DNA from: Amphiscolops sp. MND2022
Lineage: Eukaryota
Assembly (NCBI GenBank): GCA_964187785.1
Contig: OZ076409.1
Span: 13,890,001-13,954,000, forward strand
Direction of reading: 5' to 3'
DNA: 64,000 bases
Part shown: positions 38,515-51,012 of the stretch, piece by piece
Numbering within the stretch: position 1 is the stretch's first letter
Layout: the number at the start of each line of letters is the position of its first letter
The notes under the pieces: model-generated
Told to the model about the DNA's origin: nothing
What the model saw: the letters and a program-made list of their open reading frames with translations, nothing else
Database searches by the model: none
Program-made: the position numbers and the translations under genes

Positions 38515-40208
38515 TTTAGTCAGCGCTTTTCGTAGCAAATTCAGATTATAGCATGGGCTTTTATTTTTTCAAGACCAACGAGGTGACAGATTTTATACGG
38601 TTTATAAGCTGTTGCATCCACTAACTGTAACACTAAACTTGTAACGTCTACTGCTACTTGGAATAGAGGTTAATCGGGATTCTTTGAGGTCTGCGAAGCA
38701 GAAGGACGTGGCGAATTTTTTTGAGGGAATAGACTATAAGAAATCTTTAGTAATAGGTTTTTGTATGTCAGAAGCTGTACTGTGAGAAAAAGTTACGAAA
38801 TTGTGTTCGTGAATCCAATAATATTTTAAGTTGATGATATGATTACGTTGTATAACCGTATTTGTTTCAGCAGTAATAATTATGTGTTTACTTCTAAAGT
38901 AGGCTTCCGGATTTGAAATTTGTACAAATTTATAACAGTGTGTCGGTCAAGTTATGTTGTGTTTATGTCAAGTTTGTGGTATTTTTCAATTTTATCATGA
39001 GATTCGTGCATTTAATTGTTGTATTTTACAATGCCATTTATGATTGTCTCTATAATCAGTTTGTACTGCTCTAGCATCATTTGCTCCTTCCAATTGCATA
39101 CTTTGGGTTTTCCGATCTTAAAATATTTACTGTTTTAACCGCGTCGCCATTTTTGTGTGTCATACTTTTGTCTTGAATTTCAAAATCCTCAACTTGGGAA
39201 TTGGCTAAATGAGCACGGCGTGCCTCCATTGATGAAAATTTTCAGCGGACTTTTATGTTGCCGCTATTTCAAGACTACACAGGAAATGCACTAGAATGAA
39301 CAAAAATCATTTCAACAAGTGTTACGGAATGCTAAAGGAACTAGGAATTTTAATACCTGATTTTATGACGCGGGACAGAATTAATTTCGGAAATTAGGGA
39401 TTTTTAGTGATCAAACCAGATTTTTTTGATACCTAGGAATTTTTAGGTGAGGAACAATTGATGCTAAGAAGGTATATATGTTAGAACACATGTAAACTTT
39501 CAGTTAGTCTTTTGCTGTTTCGAAATTCGCCTTTCTAAACAATATAACAATTCTTCGAGGAATTCGTTTTTGCCGGAGATCTCAATTTTTGATCCTCTGA
39601 AAAACATGATAACTAAAAGCCAGAAGAGGAAAGCTGTAGCTGAACTAGTTCCAGGACAATTCGAAGCCTCTTCGGCTGAGAATAATCAAACTGAAAGTTA
39701 CGTAGCAGGACTGAGCAAATCTCCCAAAATTCAATCTGAGAAACTTGATATTAAAACGTATCGGAGATTATGTCTGATCTCACCAAGATCTTGGCTGAGA
39801 ACCAGAAGATGTTAATGCCCCTGTTGTCAAAAAAACCTGTGACTCCCCAAAATCTAGAAAACTCTGATTCTGAACCTGAAAACGTTTTCCCCAATACATC
39901 AACTCCCATAAAAACAAAAGCGACTACTTTTAAAACTACACCGGTAAATAGTCGTAACACTATGCGACTTACCGGAGACTTCAAAAAATTCGAATTTTTC
40001 GGAATATTTTTCCCTTCAATTTTTAGTTTTTGAGGTTTTGTTGTCTCCAGTTGTGGGAAAAGTGGTTTTCGAGTCTTATGCGTATCTCTTGAGGTATATA
40101 TTGGCACTGTAAAATTGATGAAACTTTAACAAAAATGTACTTTTGCATATGTAAAAACTTTTATTGAACCTTGAGCGGGGCGCCAACTTGGGCCGTTCCC
40201 GGCTTGTT
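38515..40208 (+). mobile_element. HINE/DINE-1-like element interrupted by an LTR fragment
   Basis: 5' TTTAGTCAGCGC, with the first 170 bp similar to the 24099 copy. 3' GCGCCAACTTGGGCCGTTCCCGGCTTGTT. Confidence 0.75.
38695..39959 (+). mobile_element. 5'-truncated LTR related to solo LTR 7038-9164, with internal ORF 39606-39959
   Basis: Ends ATAGTCGTAACA. Aligns with ~8250-9164. Reads MITKSQKRKAVAEL...SKSP / MSDLTKILAENQKML...DSEPENV...KTTPVNSRN. Confidence 0.85.
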
Positions 40209-42173
40209 CAAATTTGGTATATTGTACCAGAGTATTTAGTCCTGACACCGCTGTGACGTGTTGGAATCAGTTGGATGTATAAGCTGAATGGGCTTATTTT
40301 TTTCGGGTATCACCGGAGGATCGAACGTTCACCGGCCTCAACTGTCATAACAGCGCACAAGCGTCAAGAGGTCTGATGTGAAAGAATACGTAATGATCAA
40401 CGTAAAATTCGTCGACGCTATTTAATGTTTCAATTGTACAGCGAGTTTTCTCGATCGTGTATTATCCATATCACGTGCAACGATTGTGCAATACAGGGTT
40501 CCTTATCATTCTATTTGTATCAAGTACTACACAGCTGTCAAATACAAAATTTCAAAAAGTTTAGTTTACCAATTTTAGGAACCAAATTAGGGATCAAGAA
40601 TCAGAAAAACCGTGCAACAACAATCATTCCCAAAAATTATTCGCTTTTCCAAAAAAGTCTTTCAATTGGTTTATGTAAATTGATGTAACCTTGTGTATAT
40701 TTACAGCAACACTGCTTGAATGACACTTACGATATTCTTCGCGGACATTTAGAGGGGGTATTCGTATCTCAATTACTTACTTACGATCACTTACTCTTCC
40801 TAACCCTCGACATGCAGTTTTCTGAGTGACGTCGTTTTGAATTTTGTCATTCCTTTTTGTACTAAATATGTTGCGAAGATAGTGCCTTGTTTATCCTTAA
40901 TTGTCTTCCATTCAATAAATCAAAAGCAAACTGAAAGACACAAAACGTTTGGCTGTTTGATGTCGAGCTCATTTGAAGAAACGAGCAGAAATCTGGGGAC
41001 AAACCGTGCTACTAATTAGCTCTTGAGGCATCGACGTGCTAGTTGCGAAGCCCTGAAATAGGACCCGACCCATCTTGTATTGCAAAATGGGGACCATTAG
41101 ACTAGCAGTTAAAGGAGGATTCATGATCAATGAAACATTGCACAAACATGCCATCGTCGATATAGAGGAGCAGGTTGGGATTATAGTAGCACAGTTCTCA
41201 CAAAGTGCACCAACCACCAATCGAGGCACGGAGATGTTCAAAGGAACAGGGCGGCAAACAGTAAGAGCTTTATATGAAAAGGCGGCTTTTAAAATCTGCG
41301 TCAATGCAGGAATGATGAAAGACGAACAATGCAATCGCAGAGAAACGAACCTGTCAATTAACGTCTTGGCTGAACATCCTATAGATTAACTTGCTCATTT
41401 CCATTTATTACGGCACAATTATCTTTCTAACCAATAATATTTGCATTCTCTAGCTAACTTGAAAGTCCCGACTAAGACTGAATATTTTCAAAGCTATGTT
41501 CGAGAGACCGGCAAAGAAAGGAATGGAAATTAACGAAATCCATTGAAAGAGTCATTTGAGGTAAGTTTAAAATAGATTGGATTTACTTGGCTTCAAATAA
41601 TCCAATTCTGCTAAAGCAAAATCAAAAAAGTGATGCGGTTAAAGGTAATTAAAGACATCATTTACTCGGCCATGCAAAGAAGGCAGAATGCTTTTGATGT
41701 GAAGCTTTTTAAAGCACTCACAAAAATGAATTTATCAATTCGGAAGCTAATTTCTGTAATCCATCTTTTTAAACGGTGAACTCGTACTTCAAATATTCCA
41801 CAACATTTTGTGACAGTGAGCCGAAAAGTGCCCTCTTGTCCCGGCAAGATGCGTAGTAGGCAGCTCTCCGCTTCCGTTTCAGGAAGCCCCGTTTCATCGG
41901 ATCAATTAAACAAATGTCGTCTTTCATTTAAGCAGCTACTAAAAATTGCCAACTATTTCAACTTGATCGTTACTGCATAGTAATATGGAGGTATTTTAAT
42001 ATTTACAATTTACAGTATTTTACAGGGTATTTCAACATCTGATTACAACCTAAATACAATTCAGCACACACAATTGATGCGAGTATTTCGACAATTCTCG
42101 AGTAGTTTCATGGACATAATTGATTGCACGGCTCCCAAAGCTAAATTCTCTACTTTCTTCGCCCCTCTGAAAC

Positions 42174-42236
42174 TTAACTTGAGCCAGTCGTTAAACCACT
42201 TTTGCGCAATTGCAGTTCTCGTTGCAATTGAAGAGC
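42174..42236 (-). CDS. LRRC27: LRRC27-like probable last coding exon (ALQLQRELQLRKSGLTTGSS*)
   Basis: Acceptor cttctctttcag at phase 0, following DLDI|. Confidence 0.65.
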   Translation of the reverse strand, partial: ALQLQRELQLRKSGLTTGSS

Positions 42237-43439
42237 CTGAAAGAGAAGATACAAATTATTCAGGAATGAAAAAACAAACCTGCTGAGGCTCATCAATGAC
42301 GAGCGAGAAAATGCGGACTCTTTTTAGGCTTTACGTCATTAAAACTTCAATGCTTTCCGACTTTCAACAATTTCATCAAATAATTGGTACATTAAAAAAG
42401 TCGGGAACTATATTTGTTGCATTTTCAAACCCTAAATGCTCTCTAAAGTGGGCATTTGAAAAATTTGCTGAAAATTGAAAAAAATAGTATAACATTTCTC
42501 ATTTTATAACAGACAAGAAATGATTCATTTCATGTAGACACTCTAATATATATTTTTCAAGTTTGCAAAACTGCAAATCAAACGAGTTTCACTGAAAATA
42601 TCCAAATGCGAGACTAGGCTTTGTTTTAAAAATCCAAGCTTTGTTACATTTCACTGAAAACTGGATATAAATAGATTTGAGATAGACATTTTTTGAAATT
42701 TTAGATAAACTCAAATAAAATCTTTCCAAAGTAGCTGATTTTTCTATTGGAACAAGTTTCTGAAGATATCAATTCAACGAGACGCATGCTCAGCACCGGG
42801 ATGATTTCCGCACTGAATTCTTTTAGCAATAACATATTTTTAGGGCTCGAGCGTATTCGATTACACTACGAAACTTGCACAAAAGTTCGAAAAATGAAAA
42901 CTGCTAAAAAAAATTTTGTTTTCGATATTCATACCCACAAATAATTTCAAAAGTTGTGTGTCAGGACATTTCATCCAATGCAATTTCAACCTATTTTATT
43001 TTAACTTTGCCATTTCAACCGCTCACAATCTCAACATATTGCATTTTCAACCGTCTGCAATTTCGACCTAAAACAAATTTTTGGCTAAATACTCTTTATT
43101 TCGCCCTAATTATTATTTCATTACAAAAGTTAGTGATGAGCCAAACAGGCTTAAATAAAGGGTAATTCGATGAGAAACCATCGAAATGAGCCAAAGGGTG
43201 ATGAGCCATCACCGTTTGGTATTCATGAAGAAACCAAAACATCAAAATTGCCGTGAAAATAAGGATATTTGGTTTTAAAATTGTCTGAAAATGAAAACGA
43301 GCTAAAATAATTATACAGTCAACTCCGTTTAATTGGTATCCGGATAATCGTCGTTATGTATCGGAGACCTCCCATTTCACGACGACCAAAGTAATATCAT
43401 TAGTATCAGATCAGTAGCAAAGCTATCAATAGCACTAAC

Positions 43440-43656
43440 AATATCCAAATCTCTTTTCGCATCGGCCAAAGACATTTGCCCATGGGTGCCGCCGCCGCCG
43501 CTTTTGACATGAGGACCTTTCCCATTGACAGCAGCAGCAGATGCGGACATGGCTCCTAATTCGTGCATGCTCGCACCTTCTGACGGTCGGGAGGCACTTT
43601 GAACAGCCAGTGCGTGCATCTTGATTCGCTTCTCCAGATCCGCGTCTTTCAAAGCC
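43440..43656 (-). CDS. LRRC27: LRRC27-like exon (ALKDADLEKRIKMH...AKRDLDI)
   Basis: Acceptor ttttggcag, donor GTTAGT. LEKRIK.H...DL.I matches the LRRC27 C-terminal motif as recalled. Confidence 0.8.
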
Positions 43657-43859
43657 CTGCCAAAACACAAAAACTCGCTGTTCGACTTGTAAAATGCACC
43701 GCACCTAGCATTTTCTAGGGTTGATTTAAAAACGTTCAAAAACATTTTTATACGTTTAAAACGTTTTAAAACAGAGTTGAGAGCTGAAAACTCGATTCAC
43801 TTCATTGTCACAAAAACCACTCAGAGAACGAAGCTGAATTCAGCAAGCGCATACCAAAC

Positions 43860-43967
43860 GCCAGTTTACGGACTTTCTCATGTTTCAATCTATTCCGAAT
43901 TTCAGAATGTACATGACCCATGGATGGAAAAACCCTCTCCAGATCAGCTGGGGACGGTGTGAAAGGT
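43860..43967 (-). CDS. LRRC27: LRRC27-like exon (PFTPSPADLERVFPSMGHVHSEIRNRLKHEKVRKL)
   Basis: Acceptor atttcacag. Phase 2/2 links both neighbouring exons in frame. Confidence 0.65.
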
Positions 43968-45961
43968 CTGTGAAATTGAAAAGAAACGATAGCTGCTTTG
44001 AAACACCCCTGGAAAATGAAATCGTTTTAAAACAGCCCGTTTTAAAACATACCAACTCTGGCAATTTTGAAATGGCAGAAGAAAATTCCAAACCTGGCTT
44101 TTTCAATTTCCTGTTTCGACCTTGGGCTGATAACATTCTTCAGTGCGGCACTTTTGTTTGATTCTTCGCTCTGGATATGAAACATCAAAAGATGAAACAA
44201 CATGCAAATATTTCATTCAAAAAGCAAAAAGTATCAAAAGAACGCGTTGATCCCGAATACATTCACTTCAAATGTGAAAGCAATCAAAACTGGAGAAAAA
44301 ATACTAAACAAATTTCGAACAAATCGACAATCAACGAATAAAAGCATTCAAAGAATTTGCATTGGTTTCATTCATCCGGAATTTAGAAAAAGAATAGACC
44401 AACAGCTTGCTAGAATATTTTTTCATGCATTTAAAATTTATACGCGAAAAGCGTTACGTAAACAACTAATGGAAAATCAAAAATTGGGGAAGTAACTTTT
44501 CTCAATTTTACTTTTACGCACGGTGTCTGTAGAAGGAGGAACTACATGGTTTATTGAAACATCAAAGAATTTTTAACGCAATTATAACCAACATTCAGCA
44601 GTAGGTATCTGGGTATCTGATGTGGTTTTGGTATTATTAAATATAGAATATAAAGGCATACAATAGAAATCAAATATAAAGCTAGAAGATTCGTGAAATT
44701 TTTCATTATTTTATTCGACATAACTTCTTACAATTGACTACATCAAAAGTCAAAATTTGGGAACCTTTTCTTTTTCCTCCCACACAAAAAAAACATGTCA
44801 AAAAATGGCAAAATTTGAATAAACGATAAGCTGATTATGTGCATTTATGTGAGTCCTCAAAATAGAGGAAAATAACATGTTCTAGGAAGTCTTAAAAAGT
44901 TAAAAATTAAGCGTATGGGAGAAAAAAGCCAAAATTTCGAAAGCGCAAATAAGTAAGATGCAGAAATAGCACGTTACTAATAGTGGTTGAACGAATTGCG
45001 GTATCTTTTTGATGCTTTTCACTCCTAAAAAATGAAGAGGTAAATAAAGGGAGATTCATTTCAAAGAAAGTGATTTCTTGAAATTTTTACAATCAAGAGG
45101 TCCCAAAGGCTACTTTTAACCAAGAAGTTAAAAAGAGCTTCTTTCTGACTTCTTGAAATGACAATGACCGGATTCGTTTCAGATTTTTTCGCTTCAAGTG
45201 ATAATACAATCTATCTACTTATTTTGTTAATGCGACGTTTAAATACTGCGCCACGCTACAAGGCAGTTCATTTATCAAAGAAATCAGACGTTTATAGACG
45301 CTCTTTGTTAAAAGATAGTGATTTCAACTGAAGTGGACAATTTTATTCAGCTTAAATTCACTCCCTTTGGTAGTAGACTGTACTTCAAGATTGTACCTCG
45401 GCAGCTACAAACCTTTGTCATGTCAGAGCGATTTTTCAGCTTGAGATGTTTTTTGTCAACTGCATACGGAGAATGTTCGGTTCGCATCATCACTAGAAAA
45501 GAAACATTCAAGTTAATAACGTTGAAGAGCCAGCTTAATTAGGTAGTTTTCCTTCATTCGCTCGAAACTGAAGCCTTAGGCAAAGAGCGGAACATCAAAA
45601 ATTTTAAAAGAGTTCATCAATGTAGCAAAATCGATAGTCAGAAGAAACTAGTTTCCTGGCGCCAAAATTCATAACTTAAATTCATAGCTTGACGTAATCA
45701 TTTAGGAGAAACTAGCTAAACTGTGGTGTAAAAACTATGATGTAAAAACAACCACGATACATCATCACACAAAGTGATACCTGAATTTTACCAAAAGGAA
45801 GAAAAACGTGAAATTTCTGATCGGCACGAGGGAAAAAGCGGACGGTTGTTAATTATGTTATGACATAGTTGATTGATTGCATTTTGAACAATATAAATTA
45901 TGGAGTTCAATTGACTTTTTATGCATAAAAATAAGGCGCGGGTAAGAATAATGGATTAAAC

Positions 45962-46054
45962 GCACTGTTGGCAGGGGGCTCCTTAGGTAGATAATGCTGG
46001 CGTCTTTGTAGGTCTCGCAAATCCTGGCGCCAATGTTCTAATTGCATCTTATTT
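45962..46054 (-). CDS. LRRC27: LRRC27-like exon (NKMQLEHWRQDLRDLQRRQHYLPKEPPANS)
   Basis: Acceptor tgtttctgtttcag. L..WR coiled-coil motif. Confidence 0.75.
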
Positions 46055-46345
46055 CTGAAACAGAAACAAAACTAATAAATTCCTGGGAAAACAAGAGCAA
46101 CATAATTGCGCCGGTACAATACAATGACCACTGTGACTGACAAACACAATGGACACGTGATATAATGAAGAAGACGGTGACAAGATGTTAACGTTGGTTT
46201 GTAGCCTCCTTGGTTAGCTGCTTGTTCGTGTCAATAGCATGTCGCACACAGGGCTTCATTCGCAAAGAGAGGAGAGGCTGGGGGGATTGACGGGAGGAAG
46301 GAAGGAGGATGAGAAAAAAACCGGGAAAATGTTGTGATTACTAAC

Positions 46346-46459
46346 TTGAGTCTCTGCTCTTCGATTGCCACTTTAATGTTGAAGTCTCTCTGCTTGTTGT
46401 CTCTCATATCCTTCGCTACTTTACTACAAGACGAGGAGGGTCCACTCACTTCGGCCACT
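46346..46459 (-). CDS. LRRC27: LRRC27-like exon (VAEVSGPSSSCSKVAKDMRDNKQRDFNIKVAIEEQRL)
   Basis: Acceptor tttgttttcag, donor GTTAGT, phase 2/2. Confidence 0.7.
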
Positions 46460-47367
46460 CTGAAAACAAACAGCTAACAGTAAGTAGTCACGTGACCAAA
46501 CTAGTCAGTCTTCCTGCCTTACTTCCTCCATTCACTACCCTCACAGAACTCAAATGCAGCAACTGTATCCCGCCCGAACTACAGCAATAAGCTTACTCGA
46601 TGATGATACGCCAATCGATGCAATGACAGGCACAAAAAGTCAAGTATCGCCAAGTCACCCAACCGTTCAATTGATGTTGAAAACTGCAAATTTGATTCTT
46701 CAATTCACTAGCGCCACTTAGATTCATCACGCAATTACGACAACTGAATCTCATGGGAAGTTTTTTTCACAATTTTGTCTTTCATATCTGTAGCTACCAC
46801 AGAATTCTGCCATTGCAGAAAAATCAGCAAACGGCCGAATAAGCGCACAATTCAATTTTTTTCGTTCACCAATCAAAATTTTGCTTGTTTTATTTCGTTT
46901 TATAGCCGAATAAAAGAAAGGAAACTCTTTGAAGACAAGCATTAATCTAATTGGATCATGAGTTTAAATTCCTCCCTCTCCTTTTCGCAATTGCAAAAGA
47001 AAAATTCTAAACCTAAACCAGTGGAAACCCTCATTCCAGATAACATGACAGAATAAATTAGAATTTCAATTCGGCCGCCGCAGAATTGCGTTTTGAAAGT
47101 AGAATTTTTATATTCCCTGGTGACTGCCTAAAAAATGAAGCGCAAACAGTTAAGCGTAATTAAACAGATCATTTAAAGTATAATCTACATCTAATTGACG
47201 TAATAGACAAAAGGTCAAGAACTCAAATGGTATCCTGGCCAAGCATTCTAAGTAGTTTTCGTAGGCCGAACTAGACTTTCCCCAGGAAAAGTTCGGTAGG
47301 GAAGTCTGGTTTCTACCTCAGCTCTCCTAAGCAATTCTGGGTTTTTTTATCCCAAAAGACTTGAAAT

Positions 47368-47691
47368 CAGGGTTTTGACATCGCTATTTTTTTCGCTAAT
47401 GGCTGAATCACTAATTTCAAAGTCGCTATTTCGCTAAAAAAAAACTTTTTTGGAGCTTAAAATTTTTTTGAACTATTAAATGTTTGTACATATTTTACAT
47501 TTTTTCATACTATGTAGGTTTTACACGGGTAAGCTGGAAACTTTCGAAATTCATTTTGAAACTCCGTGTATACTCAGAGGAAATTTTGAATTTAAACAGT
47601 TTATTGATTGCCGCTAATTTGAATCGCTAATAAAATCGATGGAAAGATTTGCGCGGTCGCTAATTCGCTAATTAACGGTGTCAAAACTCTG
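47368..47691. mobile_element. hAT-type MITE
   Basis: TIR CAGGGTTTTGACA / TGTCAAAACTCTG. 8-bp TSD CTTGAAAT (47360-47367, 47692-47699). TCGCTA subterminal repeats. Confidence 0.9.
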
Positions 47692-48012
47692 CTTGAAATG
47701 CTTTAGCAGTTTTTTTCTGCGACAATTGTGACCTAATTACAATCAAGTGATTTCCAAAGCAAAGCACATACTTCTGATTAGATGTAACGTCGAGAAATTG
47801 AAGATTAAACAATGCATAAAGACAAAGATTAAAAACTGAAGTCATGCATTTTTGAACCACCCAAACGTACTGCACTTAGCAAGGATTTGCTCAGTTATTA
47901 CTCAAAAGTGAAGAAAAAGATATTACTTGTTCAAAAAATTTCCACATTGATCGAATTATTCGACTAGGATTGAAGAGTTTTGCTGTGCCTCCATTTCGAA
48001 GTGGTGATTGAA

Positions 48013-48543
48013 AACAAGCCAGGAACGGCCCAAGTCGGCGCCATATCTAAGGCTCAAAAACAGCAAAAGGACTTAAAAGTGTCAAAGTATTCTCTTCTAC
48101 GGCACCCAAAAAAACCCAAAAGTTGAACCGAATTGGCGCACCAGAGGGGACACTTTTAGATTTTTCATCCATTCTGTCGAAAATCGTCAAAAAATTGGAG
48201 GGGCACTTTTGGTGAAAAAAAATTTTGAAAAAAGTCTCAATGCCCAAAAAACTGAGTCTCAATGTCGAAAAAAAAGTTATGTCGGAACTTTGAAAACGTT
48301 ATATCCGAACATCCGAACTTTGAAAACGTTATATCCGAACATCCGAACTTTGAAAACGTTATATCCAAACTTTGAACCATGGGAACTTTGAAACAATATA
48401 TTCGAAGTAATATCCGGGTTTACCTCGGCTAAGTAAGATGTTGAACAAATGAACAAAAAAGTGGACGTTACGCGTTGAACTGACGAAAAAAAAACTAGCC
48501 ACTGTAAGAGTCGAGATTTTCTTCGAAAACGCCGACTAAAAAT
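48013..48543 (-). mobile_element. HINE/DINE-1-like element with an internal 30-bp tandem repeat (48283-48390)
   Basis: Runs AACAAGCCAGGAACGGCCCAAGTCGGCGCC ... AGTCG..CGCCGACTAAAA. GAACTTTGAAAACGTTATATCCGAACATCC occurs three times. Confidence 0.8.
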
Positions 48544-48720
48544 CTAGACAAGTCAGTTATTCATGTTGCATTCAAAAATAAAATATATTTTGGCGACTCC
48601 TGTTATTATCATTATTTATTGAGTGAAAAGCCAATTTGATTGACCGTCTAAACTTGAATAACTGCAGCAGTTCGTCACGTTTTGCTGTGGTGGGGTTACT
48701 GAAAAACGGCAGGCACTAAC

Positions 48721-48935
48721 ATTCTCCCAGAAGCACCTGCCTTGTGTATTCTGTCTATTCTCTCCTGCCTCAACTCGGAGTAGTTTTTGCGCTTCTGCAG
48801 CGACGCAGAGCGAGGTCTGAGTTCATTCAGTTCTGTTAACTCATCGCTCGGTCTTCGAACTCTGAAAAATAAATCATAACTTGGTAAATTGGTACAGACA
48901 TCAATGGCACATGAAAGGTCCATTTTTAGACGTAG
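48721..48935 (-). CDS. LRRC27: LRRC27-like exon (LRLKMDLSC...NYSELRQERIDRIHKAGASGR); 5' boundary uncertain
   Basis: Lies within ORF 48696-49067. Donor AT|GTTAGT at phase 2 fits the next exon. The acceptor could lie further upstream. Confidence 0.6.
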
Positions 48936-49743
48936 CTGAAAGACTTTGTGCGCTTTGTTTTTGTCAGTAGGACGGGCGAAAAAGGCGGGTGGGAGGCTGA
49001 GCGGTGCGGTTCTTTCTTCTCGTTTGAGGTTGTTCTCAGATAAGTTAGTAAGTGAAAAGGCAATCAACGAAAAATGCCATTCACTCGCGATTGATGGAAA
49101 TCAATTAAGCAAAGAACATTTTTCAAACACACTTTGCAAGTCTAATTACTGTAAAAGCTATTCAGGTGTTTTAGAATTCCATTAACACTATCGCGCAGCA
49201 AATGTTGATGCAGCTAGAACGAGAAGCAACAAAGTGGCAAATATTGTTTTTTGCTTCTAGCCGCGGTACCTCGCGTTGATTTGGAAACGAATCCTAATTG
49301 CGTTAAAAGCTTCGCACATTAAATCTACACTATCTTAGCAGCAGCAACAGCAGCCCCACTTGTTGAGCAGCGAGAGATAAAAAGAAAGCAACTCTCGCTC
49401 CCGCAAACCCCTCTGCCTATTAACACGGCTGCAGTTGCCGATGCTGCTACTAGTACATAAACAGCTCAAGAGGAGCATCAACAACAGTTCCGATCCACAA
49501 TCCACCCCTCTTTCTGCACTCTTGCTTTACGGGGATGCAACCCTATAGAACAGGCTGGTAAGATAAGAGAGAGAATGGAAACAAGGAGCTACGTCTAGTT
49601 TTGCTGCACGTCGAGGTGATTAGATGTGCTAAAAAGGGCAACCACAAATAGACGGCATGATGGGGCGGGCGGGATTGTGGCTAAGTGGTGTTGCTGGGTA
49701 GAGTGGGAGCCATATGATTAGATTAAGTGATTTTTAAGATTAC

Positions 49744-49981
49744 GCAGACCGTGTAACAGATACAAGAGGCAGTAACCGATGTTTCAGGCTCCACGACCGG
49801 TTCAGTAGACCGCCGCTGCGTTGTGCTTGAGTAGCAGATAGAGAGGTGGCTGTTGCATTTGCGCCAATTAAGTCGCTGCTTTTCACTGATTGGAAAGCAT
49901 CTTCCGCTGACATCTCACCGAAAATGTCTTCCTCTGAGGACCCGTCCGTGAGAATGTTGTGAAAATGAAGCTGCCACATCT
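49744..49981 (-). CDS. LRRC27: LRRC27-like exon 4 (MWQLHFHNILTDGSSEEDIF...); 3' boundary uncertain
   Basis: Acceptor ttgttgcag at phase 1, in frame with exon 3. Confidence 0.65.
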
Positions 49982-50164
49982 CTGCAACAAAATCAAATCA
50001 ACCCTTCCCCTAAAACTGTCTGCATCAATTAACTTCAATCATACTTCATACTACATTTTGTACCATTAATGCCAACCGTATCATTCAAAAATCTCTTCAT
50101 GTTGACGACAAAACACTAGACATTTTGGCGTCTCAGTGTTATTTCCTTTCGGAGAATATAAATT

Positions 50165-50691
50165 AACAAGACGAGAACGTCTAAAGTCGGCGCCATATCT
50201 AAGGCTCAAAAAGCGCAAAACAATTTTCTGGAAATTTTTGAATTTTTTTCCTTCAAAAAAAGTCGCATAGTGCCGAAAAATGTAAAAGGGGGATCCTTCT
50301 ACATTTATTAACATACATTCCGTTGCAAAATATCAAAAACCTCGAAGGGGGGACCCTTTGGGGACATTAAAAAATTTTCGAAAAAAAGTCGCACAGTGCC
50401 GAAAAAAATCCAAAGGGGGGACCCTTTAGGCACGTCCGGTTTTGTGGGTTTCCTTGAAAAAGTAAATAAAAAGTAAAAAACCAAAGGGGGGACCCTTTGG
50501 AATAACTTAGATGCGTTTCCGGGGTATTCGTTTAGTTGAGATAAAGACTAAAGTAAGACTAAAGACTAAAGATAAAGTATCATAAGATACTGAACGTTAA
50601 CGTTCGTCGCTTCGAGTCTGTCTTAGATAAAAAAAACGAGTGACTGTAATAGTCGGGCGGGCTCTTTTCTTAAGAAAAGCACCGACTAAAA
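50165..50691 (-). mobile_element. HINE/DINE-1-like element
   Basis: Runs AACAAG...AAAGTCGGCGCCATATCTAAGGCTCAAAAA ... GCACCGACTAAAA. Contains an internal duplication and a (TAAAGAC)n microsatellite. Confidence 0.8.
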
Positions 50692-50817
50692 AGATAGATG
50701 CAAAAAACTACAGAACATTTTTGAGCATTTTAAAAACCCATTGCACAGCCTTGAAAACCGAGACGTTGCCAATCAGTTTGTTCAAACCGGGGCGACCCCG
50801 AAGCATGCTGCACGAAC

Positions 50818-51012
50818 CTTCAAAAAAGTGCTGAGAATTCGAAGGATCGGAGTTGGTGAAAGATTCCAGCTGGTAATTGTTCTCAGCAAGAACAGCTTCT
50901 GTCTGTTTCAGACACTTCATAATGGCCACAAGTCCTCGATCGGTTATATGCTTTGGTGGAAACTGAAGAGGGTTCTCACATACATTCAGACAATTTAACG
51001 TTTTTACTGCAC
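50818..51012 (-). CDS. LRRC27: LRRC27-like exon 3 (AVKTLNCLNVCENPLQFPPKHITDRGLVAIMKCLK...)
   Basis: LRR plus NPL.FPP..I..GL.AI C-cap. Acceptor cttgcag, donor GTTCGT, phase 1/1. Confidence 0.85.
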
